Source of the DNA: an uncultured candidatus Porisulfidus sp.
GTDB lineage: Bacteria > Pseudomonadota > Gammaproteobacteria > Poriferisulfidales > Poriferisulfidaceae
Length of the DNA: 64,000 nucleotides
Reading direction: 5' to 3'
Assembly (NCBI GenBank): GCA_965199755.1
Contig: CBDASZ010000001.1
Span: 576,001 to 640,000, forward strand
The notes below the pieces were generated by a model. It was not told the origin of the DNA. It searched no databases and saw only the letters and a program-made list of their open reading frames with translations. Both the position numbers and the translations under genes were made by a program. Below, in pieces: positions 58,847-64,000 of this stretch; positions within the stretch are counted from its first letter, which is position 1; each line of letters starts with the position of its first letter.

Positions 58847-60625
58847 TTAGGAATCCAGCGGGATCACCTGTCCTTGACGAAAGTACGCCCAGTCAAGGGT
58901 GCGGAACACGCGCCGTCCCGGCAACACCGAGAGGCGACCCGTCCAGCCTTTGAGCACAGTATTCGGTCGGGTTTCAAGATAGCTCAGATTCATGGCCAGC
59001 AGTCCGGCGTCGGCACCGAGCGCGAAAAAGCGCGGCAGTTGTTTGGCAATGGAACTGTGCTGGAGTTCCTGACGCAGGCTTTCGCGCAAAATCATGGGCG
59101 CGTCACAGAACCGAATGTCATCGAGGTCCTGATCCTGCAGCGGGCTTGGGACGCCGGTATAGATATGCGAGGTGGTGTAGACCGGCAGGTCTTGCGCGTA
59201 GTAGAAGTCCAGTTGCGGTTTGAACAGGCGGGCGTTGCGCGGGGAACTGGCCAGAAACACCATGTCAATGTCCTGTCGCCGTGACGGGCGCGACACCACT
59301 TCCTGACCGAGCACTTCCTCCAGGCGGTGCTGGCGCTGTTCGCCGGAAGACAGTTGCAGCGAGTCCTTGATTTGCACTGTGTGATCGGAGGCCCTCGCGA
59401 AATAAAACGCCTTGTCCCGGAGGATGCCGCCGCCGGCCTCAAAGGCTTCCGTGAAACTCTGATACAGGCGTCGTCCCCAGTTGCTGTTGGGCACGAACGC
59501 CAGCGCGGAGCGGTGGCCGTCCTCCAGCGCGCGTTGCGCTACCTGCACGGCCTCATCCTCAGGCAGCAGGCCGAATTGATGCAGGTGCTCCAGATTCGCG
59601 GTGCCGCTGTCCAGATAGTTCAGACTCAAGGTTGGCACCGTCATCACGTCGGCGCGCGCCAGTTGCGCGACTGCGCTTTTGGCAAATGGCCCAATGATGC
59701 GATCAGCGCCGTCAGCGACCGCTTGCTGATACAGCAGGGTGACTTCGGCCGCGGCGTCGCCGGTGTCGTAGATCATCAGTTCCGGGGCCTCGCCGGGCAG
59801 GGTGCGCAGATGTTTCATCAGTCCGGCGCGAATGGCTTGGCCGACCGGTGCGAGCTGGCCGCTCAATGGCAACAGCGCGGCAATTTGCTGAATGTTGGGA
59901 CGCAGCGCCTGCAAGGCGGCCAGCACAGTGGGCAGCCACTCGCTTCCGGGATGTTCGGGGTAGTTGCGACGCCACTCGCGCATAGTGTCGCGCGGCGAGA
60001 TCAACGGTACTTGTTCGGGCTGGGCGAGCAGCGCCAGATCCAGCCACCCGCGCCATTGTTCGTCCTGACTGCGCTCGCGCCAGTCTTGCAATTGCTGCAA
60101 GTCGATGGCCGCGAGTTGATTCCAGGCGCGCTGAAACTCCGCGCGTCGAGCCTCGGTGTTCAGACCTGCAGCGCGCTGCAGGCGGGTGCGCGTGCTGTTT
60201 TCGACATCCTTGAGTTGCTCGTACAACTGCATCTGCAATTCGAGCGTTGCCATGTCCTGCGGGAACGGCGGCAGCACCGCCAGCGCCGCAAGATGGTCTC
60301 CGTGGTAGCGAAAGACGTAGGCTTGCAGGAGCCGCAGTTCCGGCTGCCGTTCAGGCGGGAGGTCATTCGCTTTCAGCGCCGGCAGCCAGGTGCTGAGCGC
60401 GTCCCACTGTGCTTCGTCGCGCCAACTTTGCAGCAATTCAAGGCGCCGCAAGGCGCGCTGCCCAACCGGCAACTCGGCGCTTTGCTCCCAAACTTGATCT
60501 GACGACAGTTCCAGCAGGGTTTCCTGCGGCGAAATCTCTTCCTCTTCTTTCAGTTCAAACACGCCAACACAGCCGGCCAGCAGGATCGCGACCAGCGATA
60601 AAGGCAGAAGGGGGCGAAATGACAT
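58847..60625 (-). CDS. lpoA: penicillin-binding protein activator LpoA
   Basis: Lipobox LAGC, GWLDLA, WRRNYPEHP, LLPLSG, FGLLPEDEA, FALGADA. Confidence 0.9.
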   Translation of the reverse strand: MSFRPLLPLSLVAILLAGCVGVFELKEEEEISPQETLLELSSDQVWEQSAELPVGQRALRRLELLQSWRDEAQWDALSTWLPALKANDLPPERQPELRLLQAYVFRYHGDHLAALAVLPPFPQDMATLELQMQLYEQLKDVENSTRTRLQRAAGLNTEARRAEFQRAWNQLAAIDLQQLQDWRERSQDEQWRGWLDLALLAQPEQVPLISPRDTMREWRRNYPEHPGSEWLPTVLAALQALRPNIQQIAALLPLSGQLAPVGQAIRAGLMKHLRTLPGEAPELMIYDTGDAAAEVTLLYQQAVADGADRIIGPFAKSAVAQLARADVMTVPTLSLNYLDSGTANLEHLHQFGLLPEDEAVQVAQRALEDGHRSALAFVPNSNWGRRLYQSFTEAFEAGGGILRDKAFYFARASDHTVQIKDSLQLSSGEQRQHRLEEVLGQEVVSRPSRRQDIDMVFLASSPRNARLFKPQLDFYYAQDLPVYTTSHIYTGVPSPLQDQDLDDIRFCDAPMILRESLRQELQHSSIAKQLPRFFALGADAGLLAMNLSYLETRPNTVLKGWTGRLSVLPGRRVFRTLDWAYFRQGQVIPLDS

Positions 60626-60721
60626 GATGTGCGCGCCGATGTCTATTGTACGGGGTGCTGCAGACCAGTGGCTGTTAAAATCGGATAATGCGCGTGAATG
60701 ACAGGGCTGACTACGGGCAGA

Positions 60722-61669
60722 ATGGACGATTTCTCCGAGGCTTTTGAAGTGTCTGCGCAGTATGCGAAGCAGCGCCTTGATGTGGTGCTGGCGCAGTTGA
60801 TGCCAGACTACTCGCGCAATCGCGTGCAGGGCTGGATTCGGGCCGGGCGGGTTCTGGTGGATGGCGAAGTGCTGCGCCCGCGCGATCGATTGCAGGGTAC
60901 GGAGCGCATTGAGGTGTGGCCGAAGCAGGCGGCACCGCAGAGTTATGCGCCGCAGGACATATCATTGCAGATCGTGCATACCGATACGGATCTGATTATC
61001 ATCAACAAACCCGCCGGGCTGGTGATGCACCCCGCACCCGGGCATGCGGACGGCACCTTGCTGAACGCATTGCTGTTTCATTTTCCCGAGACGGCATATA
61101 TCCCACGTGCTGGTATCGTGCATCGTCTGGACCGTGACACCACCGGGCTGGTCGCCGTGGCGCGAACTGAGGCGGCAAGCCTGTCGCTGACGCGGCAATT
61201 GCAGGAGCGCACCATGCACCGGCAATATCAGGCACTGGTGCATGGCGAGATGATCGCCGGACAGACGCTGGACGCGCCGGTCGGAAGGCACCCGCGCTCA
61301 CGTCAGCAGTGGTGCGTTCGCCACGGCGGTCGCGAAGCGATCACGCACTTTCGCGTTCACAAGCGCTATGCAGGCATGACATTGCTGGACGTGCGGCTGG
61401 AAACCGGCCGCACGCATCAAATCCGCGTGCACCTGAGTCATCTTGGTCATCCGGTTGTCGGGGATCCGGTGTATGGGGGTACGCGGCGCATGCCGGCAGG
61501 ATTGACGCCGGAGCTCCGCGATAGCGTCGCCGCGTTTCGCCGTCAGGCCCTGCACGCTGCCACGCTGAAATTGCGCCACCCGACTCAGGATCAGGAGCGC
61601 AGCTGGGAGGCCCCGCTGCCAGAAGACTTTCAGACCTTGCTGGAGTTGCTCGATGAGCAAGCCGCTTGA
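60722..61669 (+). CDS. rluD: 23S rRNA pseudouridine synthase RluD
   Basis: S4 domain, NKPAGLVMHP, HRLDRDTTG, LETGRTHQIRVH, RQALHA; alternative start 60698. Confidence 0.97.
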   Translation: MDDFSEAFEVSAQYAKQRLDVVLAQLMPDYSRNRVQGWIRAGRVLVDGEVLRPRDRLQGTERIEVWPKQAAPQSYAPQDISLQIVHTDTDLIIINKPAGLVMHPAPGHADGTLLNALLFHFPETAYIPRAGIVHRLDRDTTGLVAVARTEAASLSLTRQLQERTMHRQYQALVHGEMIAGQTLDAPVGRHPRSRQQWCVRHGGREAITHFRVHKRYAGMTLLDVRLETGRTHQIRVHLSHLGHPVVGDPVYGGTRRMPAGLTPELRDSVAAFRRQALHAATLKLRHPTQDQERSWEAPLPEDFQTLLELLDEQAA

Positions 61670-62417
61670 ACTGATTCAGCCAGACTGGCCAGCCCCTTTG
61701 TGGGTTCGCGCGGTGTCGACCACACGCATCGGCGGCGTCAGCCAAGGGGCGTATCAAGGGCTTAATCTGGGCGAGAGCATCGACGATGACCCCGAAGCCG
61801 TAAATACCAACCGAAAACTTTTGGCGCAGGCGGCAGCCTTACCCGGTGAGCCGGTGTGGCTGCGCCAGCAGCACACGGTGCGCGTGATCGAAGCAACAGA
61901 AGATGCAAACAGGCAGGCTGATGCCAGTTACACGCAGCAGGCCGGGGTAGTCTGCGTGATCAAGACGGCGGACTGTCTGCCGGTGCTGCTGTGTTCACAG
62001 ACCCGTCGCTGGGTGGCTGCCGTGCATGTCGGCTGGCGCGGTGCCGCGGGCAATATTCTCAGCCATGCGGTGGCCGCGTATCCCGGCTCCCCTGAGGATT
62101 TGCTGGCCTGGTTGGGGCCGACCATCAGCGCGGCGCATTATGAAGTGGATGAGGCGGTGCGGTGCGAATTGGATGTGTCATTGGCGCGTCAGGCGTTGCG
62201 CGAGTCAACGCGGGCCGGGCACTGGCTGTTGAGCCTGAGCGATGCGGCGCGCTGGCAACTTACACAGGCCGGGGTGTCTCATATCAGTCAGAACTGCAGC
62301 CCCGACACGCACGCGCCGCTGTGTACCCACACAGAGAAAGAGCATTTTTATTCGTATCGAAGAGAGGGTGTGACAGGTCGTATGGCGACGTTGATATGGA
62401 TGGAGCCTGAGGTGTAG
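61653..62417 (+). CDS. pgeF: peptidoglycan editing factor PgeF (YfiH)
   Basis: TADCLPVL, HVGWRG, FYSYRR; rluD-pgeF-clpB synteny. Confidence 0.93.
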   Translation: MSKPLELIQPDWPAPLWVRAVSTTRIGGVSQGAYQGLNLGESIDDDPEAVNTNRKLLAQAAALPGEPVWLRQQHTVRVIEATEDANRQADASYTQQAGVVCVIKTADCLPVLLCSQTRRWVAAVHVGWRGAAGNILSHAVAAYPGSPEDLLAWLGPTISAAHYEVDEAVRCELDVSLARQALRESTRAGHWLLSLSDAARWQLTQAGVSHISQNCSPDTHAPLCTHTEKEHFYSYRREGVTGRMATLIWMEPEV

Positions 62418-62450
62418 TGATTGAGTGATGGCGGCGCGTAAAGGGTGTGG

Positions 62451-62479
62451 TTGAATTTGTGCGGTGTAAGCCACAAATT
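62451..62479 (+). promoter_or_regulatory. possible sigma32-type promoter of clpB
   Basis: TTGAAT-N14-CCACAA resembles TTGAAA-N13/14-CCCCAT. Confidence 0.4.
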
Positions 62480-62513
62480 TTAAGTAAGAGAGAACATCCG
62501 AAGAGGGACTGAT

Positions 62514-64000
62514 ATGGCCCTGGACAAATTGACAGAACCGCTTGGCCGCGCCCTGATGGAAGCGCAGTCGCTGGCTGTGGGCGACGGCTGCGCGGAGATT
62601 GATCCGGCGCATCTGCTGATGGCGTTGCTGGAACGCTCGGATACGGCGGCGGAGAGTTTGCTGCGCACGGCGGGTGCGGACATAACGCGCTTGCGCGGGG
62701 ATCTGCGCCAGCATCTGGAGGGCTTGCCGCGCATTACCGGTGAGCAGGGAGAGATTCGCCCGTCGCGAGACTTGCTGCGACTGATGAATGTAACTGACAA
62801 GCTGGCGCATGATCGCGGTGATCAATACCTGTCCTCAGAATTATTTCTGGTTGCGGCGCAGCAGGGCCGCCGGGAGATGGGGAAGATGTTGCAGGCCGCT
62901 GGCGTGGATGGTGACGCGCTGCGCAAGGCGATTGAAGAATTGCGTGGTGGAAAGAGCGTTCAGGATCCGAATGCGGAGCAGCAGCGCCAGGCGCTGGAGT
63001 TATATACCGATGACCTGACGGCGCGGGCCGAGCAAGGCAAGATTGATCCCATTATTGGTCGCGATGAGGAAATTCGCCGCGCCATTCAGGTCCTGCAACG
63101 ACGCACCAAAAACAACCCGGTGCTGATTGGTGAGGCGGGCGTTGGTAAGACCGCGGTGGTGGAAGGCTTGGCCCAGCGCATCGTCAATAGCGAAGTGCCG
63201 GAGAGTCTGCGCAACCGCCGGGTGCTGGCGCTGGATCTGGCCGCGTTGCTCGCCGGCGCGAAATATCGCGGCGAGTTCGAGGAGCGCCTGAAAGCCGTGC
63301 TGAAAGAGTTGCAAGACATGCAAGGCGAGGCCATTTTGTTCATTGACGAGTTGCACAACCTAGTCGGAGCCGGGCGCGCGGAAGGCTCCATTGATGCCGG
63401 CAACATGCTCAAGCCGGCGCTGGCGCGCGGCGAGTTGCATTGCATTGGCGCGACCACTCTGGATGAGTATCGGGAGAATCTGGAGAAGGACGCGGCTTTG
63501 GAGCGACGCTTTCAGAAGATTCTGGTAGAAGAGCCAGGCGTGGAAGACACCGTCGCCATCTTGCGCGGCATCAAGGAGCGCTACGAAGTGCATCACGGCA
63601 TTGAGATCACGGATCCTGCGCTGGTCGCGGCCGCCACCTTGTCCGCACGCTATCTGCCGGATCGCCGTCTGCCGGACAAGGCCATTGACCTCATTGATGA
63701 GGCGGCGTCACGGATTCGTATGGAAGTGGAGTCCATGCCGGAAGAAATGGATCGCCTCGACCGCCGGCGTATTCAGCTCAAGATTGAGCAGCAGGCGTTG
63801 CGCAAGGAAGATGACGCGGCCTCGCGCAAGCGTCTGAAGGCGTTGGAGGAAGAACTGGATCGGCTGGAGGGTGATTACGCGGCGTTGCAAGAAGTGTGGC
63901 GGGCGGAAAAGGCCGCCGTAATGGACATGGCGCAACTCAAGAAGCAACTGGAGACGGCGCGTCTTGAAATGGAGAGGGCGCAACGCGCCAATGATCTGGA
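62514..64000 (+). CDS. clpB: ATP-dependent chaperone ClpB, 5' part (runs off the window)
   Basis: Open frame from ATG 62514: [47 protein letters not shown], coiled-coil M domain. Confidence 0.97.
   Translation, partial: MALDKLTEPLGRALMEAQSLAVGDGCAEIDPAHLLMALLERSDTAAESLLRTAGADITRLRGDLRQHLEGLPRITGEQGEIRPSRDLLRLMNVTDKLAHDRGDQYLSSELFLVAAQQGRREMGKMLQAAGVDGDALRKAIEELRGGKSVQDPNAEQQRQALELYTDDLTARAEQGKIDPIIGRDEEIRRAIQVLQRRTKNNPVLIGEAGVGKTAVVEGLAQRIVNSEVPESLRNRRVLALDLAALLAGAKYRGEFEERLKAVLKELQDMQGEAILFIDELHNLVGAGRAEGSIDAGNMLKPALARGELHCIGATTLDEYRENLEKDAALERRFQKILVEEPGVEDTVAILRGIKERYEVHHGIEITDPALVAAATLSARYLPDRRLPDKAIDLIDEAASRIRMEVESMPEEMDRLDRRRIQLKIEQQALRKEDDAASRKRLKALEEELDRLEGDYAALQEVWRAEKAAVMDMAQLKKQLETARLEMERAQRANDL

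Noticed and set aside
59327-60502. Long antisense/shadow ORFs (391 aa opposite lpoA; 380-392 aa over the AI-2E gene; others)
   Set aside because: Typical GC-rich shadow frames of well-supported genes
62514-64000. clpB missing from the ORF track, suggesting a pseudogene
   Set aside because: The frame appears open from ATG 62514 with motifs in register; it simply has no stop inside the window

Overview
A mostly housekeeping, GC-rich window from a non-enteric gammaproteobacterium, judged from its 16S/23S sequences, gatCAB and the TonB2-type operon. A decayed adhesin repeat weakly suggests a marine or host-associated lineage. Gene order: carA(3')-carB-greA; a solitary AT-rich GmrSD-like (DUF262+HNH) gene; a complete rrn operon (16S, tRNA-Ile, tRNA-Ala, 23S, 5S); birA-coaX; an orphan DUF2857-like regulator with a duplicated N-terminal module; an HvfA/bufferin-type MNIO (DUF692) RiPP cluster; nth-rnfB-like-metG-AI-2E-nhaA; gatCAB-hemB-aroE; pyrE; xth-ampG-phoU; argF-argD; a PuuD-like gene; leuS-lptE-HIT-DUF4396; an adhesin relic; tRNA-Arg; serS; MOSC; FmdB; a metal-uptake-like operon behind a His/Cys-rich leader ending in RPP; pntA1A2B; an HhH-GPD glycosylase; yciK-rmuC-gph-ubiG; a TonB2-type operon with a frameshifted TPR gene and a TonB-dependent receptor; a decayed TnpB element; lpoA; rluD-pgeF-clpB(5'). 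Best candidates for new biology: (1) a putative ribosome-arrest leader plus a Shine-Dalgarno (SD)-sequestering multi-branch RNA controlling a small beta-barrel/HMA/MerT-like operon, (2) a single-chain FlhD-FlhD-FlhC-like regulator, (3) an MNIO RiPP with an unusual acidic precursor under a sigmaE-type promoter. All family assignments come from motif recognition by eye; no searches were run.
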